Shown here piece by piece: positions 50,254-64,000 of a DNA stretch of 64,000 nt. Made by a program: the position numbers and the translations under genes. Source of the DNA: the human T2T-CHM13v2.0 reference genome, Homo sapiens; assembly GCF_009914755.1 (NCBI RefSeq), contig NC_060930.1; one strand, 5' to 3'. The notes beneath the pieces are model-generated. The model was not told the DNA's origin. It did not search any database and saw nothing but the letters and a program-made list of their open reading frames with translations. How positions within the stretch are numbered: the stretch's first letter is position 1; each line of letters starts with the position of its first letter.

Positions 50254-51329
50254 TCGTTTTGCGTTCTCTGGTTCGAAAGATATTTGTTGATTCAGAGCAT
50301 TTTCCCTTTTCTTGCTCCGGTCTGGCTGCCAATTAACAACTAAAGGTAGAAGTCTTATTTAACGAGTATATACGGTGTGCCTGCCCTGTGACAACTGCTT
50401 TATAAAAGAACAAAGCAGAAATAGCACTTGGCCTCAAAGAGCTTACTTTCTACTGGATCTAACAGTTGAAATCAAGCAAACGCTGGGAAGAAAAAAAAAA
50501 TTGTTTCCACTCCTGTGAAAAAAAGAAGTACGAGGATAAAATAAAAAAATAAGGGATGGGGACTTCTTTAGGAAGCATCCACCCTCCTGGAGGTCCTGAA
50601 GAAATGCTATTTAGCTGAAAAATGAGTATTTTTCAGGCAGAAGGAATAGCATTTGTTAATTCACTGAGAATCTGAAATCACTAAGTATTTTCAAAGTTCA
50701 GGTTGCTGAACTCTTGTGTGTATGTGTATGGAGCTGGGGGTGGGTGGGGGCGGGGGAAGGAGTGGAAATCACTACAGAGAAAAATCAACAAAAAGGGATA
50801 AAGGGAATTAAATTTCTGGGAACAAGATCTCTCACAGAGATTCTCTATGGCTGAGACTCTGAACATGGTTTAAAATTAGTGTTCTCCAGATTTTCACTAA
50901 CTACCAAAAAAGGTAACTGTCATCACCTGGCAAATCGTCATCACTTAAGCCTAAAGGCAGAAACCACCAAAAGCTTTAATCCAAACTGAGCTGTCCTCTA
51001 GTGCAACCTGTATTAGAGTAGTCATGATAGGTTGAATTTTTGCAAGTGGGCCAATGCCATAAATTGATCTGAACATTACTGCAAAGAAAGCACAGTGAGA
51101 GCAGGATCAAGCAAGTTTTCATCATTTTTAATTGAGCTCCAGTCGCTTCTTGAGGAAAAGAAAGCTAAAATTGATTCTCAAGAACATTTGTTTCTGTGAG
51201 AATATGTGGTAACTGAATAAGAATTCTTTAAAAAGAAACAACGCAATTCCCAGATTTAACACCAACGCCAGTTAACATTTACCGAATGCATACACTGTAG
51301 CTGCACTATTCCAACTATGAGAAATATAT

Positions 51330-51460
51330 TAATAGTCTTCTTTTACAGATGTAGAAACTGACACCTAAAAGGGTATAACACATTGCCCAACACAACTAAT
51401 AAAGGGTAAAGCTGGAAACTTAACCAAAATATTAAGTTATTTCTGGAGCACAAGTCTCAA
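51330..51460 (-). mobile_element. MIR fragment
   Basis: ttttacagatgtagaaactgacac...ttgcccaa core. Confidence 0.6.
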
Positions 51461-51508
51461 TGTTTAGAACAAATTTTTATTGTTTAATGGCACGATGCAG
51501 TGTGGTAA

Positions 51509-51843
<335 letters not shown>

Positions 51844-51859
51844 TTGTTTTGGCATTTTA

Positions 51860-52110
51860 AAGAGACAGGGTCTCATTCTCACTGCAGTCTTGAACTCCTG
51901 GGCTCAAAGAATCCTCCTGCCTCAGCCTCCCGTGTAACTTAAACTACAGTCATGTGTCACAACACCTGGCTAATTTTTAATTTTTTGTAGAGATGTGGGG
52001 GGCAGCATGGACTCACCATGTTACTCAAGCTGGTTTTGAACTCCTGGTCTCAAGCAATCCTCCCGCCTTGACTTCCCAAAGTCCTTGGATTACAGGCATG
52101 AGCCTCAGCC
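51860..52110 (-). mobile_element. AluJ-like, partly deleted
   Basis: diverged Alu. Confidence 0.8.
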
Positions 52111-52129
52111 CCTCACCTTTTGTCTTTTT

Positions 52130-52985
52130 GAAATCGCCTATTCTAGATATTTCATATAAGTGGAGTTATACAGTACTTGTGTCCTTTCATACCTAGCCTA
52201 TTTCATCACTAAGCAAAATGTTTTCAAGTTTCATCCATCTCACAGCATATACCAGCATATATCCCATATTGTATGTATATTCATTTTTTAAAATTTCTTA
52301 TATTTTGATGCCTATTCTGCTTACGCAGTTTTATTTTTGTTATTTTGCTTATCTGCTCATCTGTTGATGGCTGGATTCTCCTTCTAGCTATTATGAATGA
52401 TGCTGCAAAGAACATTGGATTACAAGGATCTGTTTGAGTCTCTGCTTTCAATTCTTTTGGGTATACACCTAGAATTGCTAAGTCATATGCTACACCCATG
52501 TTTAGCTTTTTAAGGGAACCACCAAACCGGTTTCCACAGTGGCTTTATCATTTTACATTCTCACCAACAATGCATGAAAGTTCCAGTTTATCCACATCTT
52601 CACCAACACTTTTTCATTGGCCATTTTCCTGATTATAGCCATCCAAGAAAGTTTGAAATGGTACCCTACTTTGGTTTTGATTTGCATTTCCCCTAGTGAA
52701 TAAACACAGAGTACTTTCCAAGTGCTTATTGCCTATTTACATATTTTGTTTGGAGAGGTGTCTATTTGAGTTCTTTGTGCATTTAAACTGAGTTGCCTTG
52801 TTGATTTTCAGTTCTAAGGTTTGGTTTTTGTTTTTTTGGATATATCTGGATGTTAGACCCTTATCAAACATGTAATTTCCAAGACATTTTCACCAATTCT
52901 ATGTGCTCTTTTAACACTGCCTAACGTCCTTTGATGCACAAAAGTTTCTTTTGATTAAATTCCATTTATCATCTATTTGTTGTCT
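52130..52985 (-). mobile_element. L1M 3'-region fragment
   Basis: antisense L1 motifs (tttccacagtggc...ttttacattctcaccaacaatgcatg; gttttgatttgcatttcccta). Confidence 0.8.
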
Positions 52986-52988
52986 TTC

Positions 52989-53083
52989 AGATGGAGCTGT
53001 CACCCAGGCTGGAATGCAGTGGCATGATCTAAGCTCACTGCAGCCTCTACCTCCAGGTTCAAATAATTTTTCTGCCTCAGCCT
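52989..53083 (-). mobile_element. Alu fragment, left flank of the LTR12 pair (resumes at 55243-55274)
   Basis: ctgtcacccaggctggaatgcagtggc...ctgcctcagcct, then ggatcacaggtgttgagccac after the LTRs. Confidence 0.75.
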
Positions 53084-53085
53084 GG

Positions 53086-54210
53086 TGTCCAGAATTGGTG
53101 GGTTCTTGGTTTCACTGACTTCAAACATGAAGCTGCAGACCCTCGTGATGTTATTTTTTAAAGACAGTGTGGCTGGAGTTTGTTCTTTCTGATGTTCACC
53201 CATGTTCTGAGTTTCTTCCCGCTGGTGGGTTCCTGGTCTGGCTGGCTTACAAGGAGCGAAACATGCAGACCTTCAGCATAAGTGTTGCAACTCTTAAGAT
53301 GATATGTCTGAAGTTGTTCATTTCTCCTGATGCGCTCATGGTTCTTGCCGGTCTCAGGAGTGAAACCGCAAATCTTCACGGTAAGTGTTACAGCTCACAC
53401 AGGAAATACAAACCTCAAAAAGCAAGCAGCAGCAAAATTTATTACAAAGAACATAAAGAACAAGGTTTCCACAACAGAGAGATCGACTCCGAGTAGGTTA
53501 TCGTGGCTGCTCCGCGCAGCCTGCTTTTATTGCCTTATCTGGCCCCACCCACATTCTGCTGATTGGTCCATTTTACAGAGAGCTGATTGGTCTGTTTTAC
53601 AAAGAACTGATTAGTCTGTTTTGACAGGGTGCTGATTGGTGTGTTTACAGTCCCTGAGCTAGACACAGAGTGCTGATTGGTGCATTTACAATCCTTTAGC
53701 TAGACATAAAGGTTCTCCAGGTCCCCACTAGAGTTGCTAGATTCAGAGTGCTGATTGGTGTATCCACAAACCCAGAGCTAGACACAGAGTGCTGACTGGC
53801 ACATATACAATCCTCTAGCTAGCCATAAAAGTTGTCCAAGTCCGCACCCGCCTCAAGAGCCCAGCTGGCTTTGCCTAGTGGATCCCGCACTGGGGCCACG
53901 GGCGGAGCTGCCCGCCAGTCCCGTGCCACGCACCTGCACTCCTCAGCCCTTGGGCGGTCGATGGGACCGGGCGCCGCGGAGCAGGGGGCGGCGCCCATCA
54001 GGGAGACTTGGACCGCAAGGGAGCCCACGGGTGGGAGGGTCGGGGGCGGGCTGGGGCATGGCGAACTGCAGGTCCCGTGCCCTGCCCCATGAGGAGGCGG
54101 CTGAGGCCCGGCGAGAATTCGACCGCAGCGCGGGCGGACGGGCAGTGCTGGGGGACCTGGCGCCCCCTCCGCAGCTGCTGGCTCAGATGATAAGCTCCTC
54201 ACTACCCGCG
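53086..54210 (-). mobile_element. 5'-truncated LTR12, minus arm
   Basis: U5 end TGTCCAGAATTGGTGGGTTC at 53086; ATTGG repeats; GC-rich U3 breaks off near 54210. Confidence 0.9.
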
Positions 54211-55242
54211 CTCAAGACACCAATCCGCACTAGCTCATGGTTTGTGGATGCACCAATCAGCACTCTATCTAGCTAACCTGGTGGGGACTTGGAGAATCTT
54301 TAGGTAAGGAGTGTGAATACACCAATCGGCACTCTGTATCTAGCTAACCTGGTGGGGACTTGGAGAATCTTTATGTCTTGTAGCTAAGGGTTTGTGAATG
54401 CACCTAATCAGCACTCTGTATCTAGCTCAAGGTTTGTAAACACACCAATCAGCACCTTGTGTCTAGTTCAGGGTTTATGAATGCACCAGTCAGCACTCTG
54501 TAACTAGTTAACCTGGTGGGGACTTGGAGAATGTTTATGTCTAGCTAAGGGATTGTAAATACACCAGTCAGTACCCTGTATTTAGCTCAAGGTTTGTAAA
54601 TACACTTTGCGTCTAGCTCAGGGTTTGTAAATACACCAATCACACTCTGTATCTAGCTAATCTAGTGGGGACTTGGAGAACTTCTGCGTCTCGCTCAGGG
54701 ATTGTAAACGCACCAATCAGTACCCTGCCAAAACGGACCAATCAGCTCTCTGTAAAATGGACCAATCAGCAGGATGTGGGTGGGGCCAGATAAGAGTATA
54801 AAAGCAGGCTGCCTGAACGGTGGTGGCTGTTTGGTTAATGCTTTCTCCACGTTGTGGAAGGTTTGTTTTTTTTGCTGTTTGCAATGATTCCTGCTGCTGC
54901 TCGGTTTTTGCATGCGCATTGCCTTTGTGGGCTGTGATAATTGCTGTGAAAGTCTGCAGTTTCATTCCTGAAGCCAAGGAGACCATAAACTCACTGAGAG
55001 GAACCAATGACTCCAGACACACCGTCTTAAGAGCTGTAACAGTTACTGCCAAGATTGGTAGCTTTCCCGAGTCAGCGAAACCACGAACCCACCTGAATGG
55101 AATGAAACTCTGAACATATGCAAACATCAGAATGAACAAATTCCCCACACACTGCTCTTCAGAACTGCCACACTCACGGCCAGGGTCCATGGCTTCATTC
55201 TTGAAGTCAGTGAGATCAAGAACCCACCAATTCCTTGGCACA
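54211..55242 (+). mobile_element. 5'-truncated LTR12, plus arm
   Basis: CACCAATCAGCAC repeats; TATAAAA at 54797-54803; U5 end GAACCCACCAATTCCTTGGCACA. Confidence 0.9.
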
Positions 55243-55545
55243 TTAGGATCACAGGTGTTGAGCCACGGTTCCTGGATGCGTGGAGATTTCTAATGGTTGT
55301 ACCTGTTGTATTTATGCTACATACTACAACATATATGTATACTATAATGTTTATAATGCCTGAACCCCACCCATAAAAATGAACATGCCATAACCTGGTC
55401 ATTGTGAGAACCATAAGTGTACCCAAATACATCGTAGTAGGTAGCAATGCCCTGGCTAAAGACTACTGCGTGTTAGTACAGGTAAAGAATTAGCACAGAT
55501 AAATTTTATTCAGTGCCCAAATAAAGTATTTTAAGGCTCAAGTGG

Positions 55546-55833
55546 GGCCAGGCACGGTAGCTAACACCTGTAATCCCAGCACTTTAGGAGGCCGAGGCGG
55601 GTGGATCACGGGGCCAGGAGATCATGACTATCCTGGCTAACACGGTGAAACCCCATCTCTACTAAAAATAAAAAAATTAACTGGGTGTAGTGGTGGGCGC
55701 CTGTAGTCCCAGTCCCAGCTGCTTGGGAGACTGAGGCAGGGAGGGGAAGGTTGCAATGAGCTGAAATCTCGCCATTGCACTCCAGCCTGGGCAACAGCGA
55801 GACTCCATCTCAAAAAAAAAAAAAAAAAAAAAA
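55546..55833 (+). mobile_element. Alu
   Basis: Alu dimer. Confidence 0.88.
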
Positions 55834-55934
55834 CTCAAGTGTTGTACTCCATAGTTTCCCTTTAATGAAAAGCTGATTGCTTTTTTGAAGAGAACTTCGT
55901 ATTTTTTATCTCAGAGTTTCCTTTTAAAAGAAGC

Positions 55935-56227
55935 AGGCCAGGCGCGGTGGCTCACGCCTGTAATCCCAGCACTTAGAGGCTGAGGCAGGTGGATCACGAG
56001 GTCAGGAGTTCAAGACCAGCCTGGCCAAGATGGTGAAACCCCGTCTCTACTAAAAATACAAAAAATTAGCCTGGCATGGTGGCACGCGCCTGTAATCCCA
56101 GCTACTCCGGAGGCGGAGAATTGCTTAAACCTGGAGGGGCGGAGCTTGCAGTGAGCCGAGATCGCACCACTGCACTCCAGCCTGGGTGACAGAGCGAAAC
56201 TCCGTCGCAAAATAAATAAATAAAAAA
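55935..56227 (+). mobile_element. AluS-like
   Basis: Alu dimer; TAAAAGAAGCA/AAAAAGAAGCA flanks. Confidence 0.9.
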
Positions 56228-56783
56228 GAAGCATATGTTAGTTTGTTTCCACAGTAAGTGAAGACAGGCCATGTCACAAAAAGACGGGGAACAACACTGG
56301 ACTGTAGCTCGTAGACAAAGGAAACCTTGAGAAGTTTAACACTGTATCATAGTTTTAGACAGAACACAATAATTACATTGTTAGAACAAAGTACTTAAAG
56401 AACTGATGTTACTTTTTTTTTCTTTATTTAAGAGCATAACTTAACAATAGTCCCACTTGGTCAGGCCTATGATCCCCCCAGTCTATTACTGTATGATTCT
56501 GAAGCTGTGGGAGGAAGCAATGCCCTCCTACATATCAACTCATGAATTACATATACATCTTCAAAAGATCAGAGATTTCCATTTTAGCCATCTCGTCAAT
56601 ATTTCTACATAAGTTTAAAATACTTTTGTTTTCACTTTATGCCACTTCTTAAAACTGAATTTCAGCAAGTACACTATATAAGTCCAGGATTTAATTCTAT
56701 TTATTTTAATTTAACTCATTTCAATAAACATTTATGGAATGCAAATGCCAATCACTATGCCAGCTACATGCATACAAAGATGA

Positions 56784-57226
<443 letters not shown>

Positions 57227-57559
57227 GACAATTGATGTCTTAATACCTTTCAACTGATACCCAGTATTTTATAAGCTTTATTGGATATAGTGAGCATCTT
57301 TTCCTGAAAGAGAGAGCAGGGAATCACAAATATTACAAAGCTCTGTTTTCACAAAGGAAGTCTCAGGAGTGAGTGACCATTTCGCCTACCCTCTGAATAT
57401 CAAAGTTTTCAAACATCTACAGGCTCACACAAAATACTCTTCATTTCCCATCTAAGAGTCGGGAACTTAGAACTGGTCACTGGGTGAGACTGACCCTTTC
57501 CTTAAGGAGGATAATGACTGAAAACACATTTATTTCTGCTAAAACAAGTTCTAGCCAAC

Positions 57560-59066
<1,507 letters not shown>

Positions 59067-59199
59067 CTGAAATAAAACAACAAAAAATTATTTAAATTTC
59101 ACTGCTAAATAAGAGCAGTAAGTTCTATTTCCCTTTCCTTCAACAGATTTGCAAATTTAGCTGTAAATGAAGGATTTGAACACACACAAATTCACACTA

Positions 59200-59385
59200 A
59201 ACTCTAGTTTCAGTGTTTCCTATCTTGTTGGCTATATGACCTTAGGCAAGTCACATAACTTTGTGCATCTGTATCTTTGCCTACAAAACATGGACAACAG
59301 TTGCAACCTCAAAGGGTTATGAAAGCACACAAAACTGTGTCTGACACACTGTAAGCATTATTAAGTGTGAGTTGCTATTGTTACC
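59200..59385 (+). mobile_element. MIR fragment
   Basis: tgaccttaggcaagtcacataactttgtgcatctgt core. Confidence 0.65.
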
Positions 59386-59988
59386 ATTGTTGTCACATCT
59401 CAGTATCCCAACATGTTGCTTATCTTAAATTGAAAAGGATTAAGAAATGTTACTTGCTATTTCTACAAATTCTTTCTTGGTTATTAAAATGTCATGTAAG
59501 TAGCTTTGTAGCAAGTCTTGTGTATAGTAGTTCCTTGCTATATACCTGGTATAAAGACGAATAAGATGCCCTCTTGAAGGCCACAACCTAGAGATGTCCT
59601 TCAGTTACAAGGCAGTGTGGTAAATACTATAAGAGTGAAGCATAAGAGCTTTGGGAGTGCAAAGAAGGAAACATCTAACTGCCTGAGAGAATCAAACAGA
59701 AAGTTTTGCAGCGGAATGGTTGATTGGCGTATCTTAAAACATAAATACAAATAGTCAGAAAAAGGGAAGGCAGTAAAAGCTTTCTAGATGGAAAGTATAT
59801 ACATACAAAGTTATTAAGGCACTTTTAAAATGGTACTTTCAGACAGTTGAGAACAGTTTGGTCTAGCTAGAACACAGATTGAATATGAAGGCGAAAGGAG
59901 ATAAAGCTGAAAATGTAAGCTACATCATGAACAGTCTTGTTGCCAGGATAATGAATTGAACCATTAACAGATGCTAAGAATGTGTGTA

Positions 59989-60304
<316 letters not shown>

Positions 60305-60372
60305 TCAGTTTTATGCAAGTCACTATAGTGACAGTGTGAAAGATGGTCTTCAAGGAGAAAATGGACAAGACT

Positions 60373-60620
60373 GGCCGGGCACGGTGGCTCACGCCTGTAA
60401 TCCCAGCCCTTTGGAGGCCAAGGCAGACAAATCTCTTGCGGTCAGGAGCTCAAGACAGGCCTGGCCAACATTGTGAAAACCCGTCTCTACTAAAAATACA
60501 AAAATTAGCCGGGCGTGGTGGCACGGGCCTCCCAGCTACTCGGAAGACAGGCAGGAGAATCGTTTGAACCGGGGAGGCAGAGGTTGCAGAAAGCCGAGAT
60601 CGCGCCACTGCACTCCTGGG
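60373..60620 (+). mobile_element. AluS-like, 3'-truncated
   Basis: Alu ending in (GATT)n. Confidence 0.88.
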
Positions 60621-60647
60621 ATTGATTGATTGATTGATTGATTGATT
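60620..60647. repeat. (GATT)7 microsatellite
   Basis: gattgattgatt... between two Alus. Confidence 0.9.
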
Positions 60648-60895
60648 TAGACAAAAGGTCTCTGTTGCCTAGGCTGGAGTGCACTGGTGTGATCTCGGCT
60701 CACAGCAACTTACACCTCCCGGGTTTAAGTGATTCTCCCACCTTCGCCCCCTCGAGTAGCTGGGACTACAGGCACGCACCGCTACACCCAGCTAATTTTT
60801 GTATTTTCTGGTAGGGACAGGGTTTCACCATGTTGGCCAGGCTGGTCTCGAACTCCTGAGCTCAAGTGATTCGCCCACCTCAGCCTCCCAAAGTG
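60648..60895 (-). mobile_element. Alu lacking about 30 nt at its 5' end
   Basis: antisense Alu ending at CCCAAAGTG. Confidence 0.88.
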
Positions 60896-60999
60896 GTGAT
60901 CCTGGGTTTTAACCAGAATAGAGGACATACCACTACCCACTTATTGAACATATTCTAAATAAGTTTTCTTATCCTAAAATATTTTATATTCCAATATTG

Positions 61000-61094
61000 G
61001 AATCGCCTGAGTCCAGGGTGGTCAAGGCTGCAGTGAGCTATGATTGTGCTACTGCACTCCAGCCTGAGTGACAGAGTGAGACCCTGTATAAAAA
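61000..61094 (+). mobile_element. AluJ 3' fragment
   Basis: ggtcaaggctgcagtgagctatgatt...gagaccctgt. Confidence 0.8.
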
Positions 61095-61130
61095 GGAAGG
61101 AAGGAAGGAAGGAAGGAAGGAAGGAAGGAA
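61095..61130 (+). repeat. (GGAA)9 microsatellite
   Basis: perfect GGAA run. Confidence 0.92.
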
Positions 61131-61139
61131 AAGAAAAAA

Positions 61140-61345
61140 AATTATAGAAAATAGATTGTCGGTTGCCTGCAGGTTGGGGGAGGCTGAGAGATGGGGAGTG
61201 ACTGCTAAGGAGTATTTTTTTTTACCTTGAGGTGATAAAAATGTTCTAACACTGATGGTGATAATGTTTGCACAACTCTGAATATTCTAAAAGTGATTGA
61301 ATTGAATTGAATGGTGTGTAAATTATATCTCAATAAAGCTGGTAA
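61140..61345 (+). mobile_element. L1MB-like 3' end
   Basis: ggtgataaaaatgttcta...aattatatctcaataaagctg. Confidence 0.75.
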
Positions 61346-61905
61346 AAATTTAGTGATTCAATAAAATCCTTTATTTGGTCAATGTACGGTATTCTGTCAG
61401 TTGAGACAAAAGTTAACATTCGAATTTAGATTTAGATTTTATATCTTCAGCTTCTTCTATCTAGAAAAGGCATTCACTAGTAATTATTAGGATGATTGTG
61501 CATTGTTATGTACAGATAACCGCAGTGACTTATCTGATAGTCCTTTAACAGACAGGAGTACTAGTGTAGTTACTTTGTTTTTATGTAACTAGGTAGGTCT
61601 TATGTAATGTCTTATTTGTCTGAATGAAAGATTATTGTGTCTTTAGCAGAGGAAAAGAGATAATCTCTCCGCACTGAAGATTATTTTAATGAGTAGTATA
61701 AGTAATGATATACACAAAATGGGAAATTATCTTGGCCTTAATGAACCATGTATTCTACATATAGAGTATAGAATACATGGCTTCTGTAAATAAAAGTTTC
61801 CAGTATTGGAATATAAAAAAATTTAGGATAAGAAAACTTATTTAGAATACATTCGATAAGTGGGTAGTGGTATGTCCCCTATTCTGCTTAAAACCCAGGA
61901 TCACC

Positions 61906-62158
61906 ACTTTGGGAGGCTGAGGTGGGCGAATCACTCAAGGTCAGGAGTTCGAGACCAGCCTCGTCAACATGGTGAAACCCTGTCTCTACTAAAAAATATA
62001 AAAATTAGCCAGGTGTGGTGGTGCACGCTTGTAGTCCCAGCTACTCGGGAGTCTGAGGCAGGAGAATCCTTTGAACCTGCGAGGCAGTGGTTGCAGTGAG
62101 CCAAGACAGCGCCATTGAACTTTAGCCTGGGTGATACAGGAAGACTCTGTCTCAAGAA
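61906..62158 (+). mobile_element. AluS-like lacking about 30 nt at its 5' end, followed by a GA-rich tract to 62280
   Basis: Alu starts at CACTTTGGGAGG. Confidence 0.88.
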
Positions 62159-62350
62159 AGAAAGAGAGAGAGAGAGAGAGAAAGAGAGACAGAAGGAAGA
62201 AAGGAGAGAAGGAAGGGAGGGAAAGAGAGAGAGAAAGAAGGAAGAAAGGAAGGAAAGAAGGAAGGAAGGAAGGAAAGAAACGCAATTTAATTCAGTTCAA
62301 CTGCAGTTGAGCATTTGTGGGGGTGGGGGCGGGGTTGGGGTGAGGGGTTG

Positions 62351-62451
62351 GAGACAAGCCCAGGCTGGTCTTGAACTCCTCGCCTCATGTGATCCTCCCT
62401 CCTCAGCCTCACCCAAGTGCTGGGATTATAGGTGTAAACCACCGTGCCCAG
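62351..62451 (-). mobile_element. Alu left-arm/FLAM fragment
   Basis: cccaggctggtcttgaactcct...gtgctgggattataggtg. Confidence 0.75.
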
Positions 62452-63201
62452 CAGGACAGTCAAGAAAATTGAAACTGGAAAGTACCTTGGCCTTTTACCC
62501 CAAATCTACACAATTTTACACAGTGGCAGTGCTTTTTCCTCTAACGCTATAATAGAATTCTGCAGGAGAATTCTTTCAGGGAGTTCACCTTTTGTTTTAT
62601 TAGAGAGCTAAGTAACCTTGGGAGGTTGGGCTGACTTTGGAAGCTTCTGGAAATAAATGGGGGTTTAACAGATATTAACTTCATCCCGCCTTACAGATAA
62701 ATGCCATTTTACTTTGAAAAGCAGTAGGTGGGGGTAGGGGGCGAGAAATAGAAAATTCCATCAGTTTGGTGAAAGCTTTTAGAGGATAACGTACTCTGTT
62801 CCATGAAAGAATCAGAAATGTGAGCAATGCAGGGAGAAGTAAGGTAAATCCAGACAAGCAGGATGGATTCCAGATGAGAAACCATATCTTCCATAGTGAA
62901 TTTTGAAATGAATTTAAAATCTCCTATTATATAATCTGCAGTTTACTTTGTTTTCTTGTTGGAGAAAGTGGTTTTTGGAGTCCAAGTATGCAGAGGGCAC
63001 CTAGGATTCCAGAGTTAATGGGACTGAAGAGAAAAAAGCGTAACCTGACCCAGATTCTGCTGCTCACCGCTCCAAAGCCAAATGCTAGAGGGGAGGTTTG
63101 GTGGGAGGAAAAGCTGCTTTTAATCCGAAAGCCAGCAAACTGAGAAGATGGAACACTAGTGTTCTAAAGTACCACCTTAAAATTTAAAATTTACCATACG
63201 G

Positions 63202-63521
<320 letters not shown>

Positions 63522-63532
63522 TACCATAGGGT

Positions 63533-63533
63533 T

Positions 63534-63572
<39 letters not shown>

Positions 63573-63874
63573 TTATTTTTTTTGAGACGGAGTCTCACTC
63601 TGTTGCCCAGGCTGGAGTGCAGCGGGCAATGTCGGCTCACTGCAAGCTCCGCCTCCCGGGTTTAGGCGATTCTTCTACCTCAGCCTCCCGAGTAGCTGGG
63701 ACTACAAGCACCCACCACCACACCCGGCTAATTTTTTGTATTTTTTAATATTTTTAGTAGAGACGGGGTTTCACTGTGTTAGCCAAGATGGTCTCAATCT
63801 CCTGACCTCGTGATCCGCCCGCCTCGGCCTCCCAAAGTGCTGGGATTACAGGCCTGAGCCACTGCACCCGGCCA
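63533..63874 (-). mobile_element. AluY-like with (TTTA)n tail
   Basis: Alu dimer. Confidence 0.92.
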
Positions 63875-64000
63875 GCAATATTTCTTCTGTAAAAGAAAAG
63901 AATAAGTGTTCCACATGGAAAGAACCCAAGATATATTAAGTGAAAAATGTCATAGCATGACTACATTTCTGTTAAAAAAAAAAAAACAAAATGTTATATA

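Larger units (their letters stand above)
60865..61935. repeat. inverted duplication, arms 60865-61002 and 61798-61935
   Basis: 107-bp non-Alu part has 8 mismatches by manual alignment. Confidence 0.92.

Noticed and set aside
63040-63195. Possible LTR fragment
   Set aside because: It looks LTR-like, but I cannot assign a family or termini from the sequence.

Overview
This is human (primate) genomic DNA, non-coding and very repeat-rich, with no intact protein-coding gene. It contains three intact tRNA genes: two identical tRNA-Ala(AGC) on the minus strand (7093-7164 and 32333-32404), each with a CpG island upstream, and one tRNA-Arg(CCG) on the plus strand (50181-50253). It also has a processed RPL13 pseudogene with a 15-bp TSD and a decayed C2H2 zinc-finger exon. 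Mobile elements include a full-length disabled L1PA with TSDs, a two-LTR HERV-S/HERVL18-like provirus (tRNA-Ser PBS, env CX6CC remnant), four LTR12 segments, several solo LTRs and DNA transposons, and about 46 Alus. From memory, the gene order fits the 6p22.1 extended-MHC tRNA cluster; this is not verified here. I found no convincing new protein-based system. The most notable structures are four. (1) A candidate CpG-island Pol II two-exon unit whose 364-nt intron holds a same-strand tRNA-Ala gene. (2) A back-to-back fusion of two 5'-truncated LTR12s inside an Alu, a possible bidirectional promoter. (3) An inverted duplication with palindromic inner ends near 61 kb. (4) A 24-bp templated, hairpin-forming insertion in an L1. 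Repeat subfamily names are from recalled consensus sequences, and repeat boundaries without a stated TSD are approximate.
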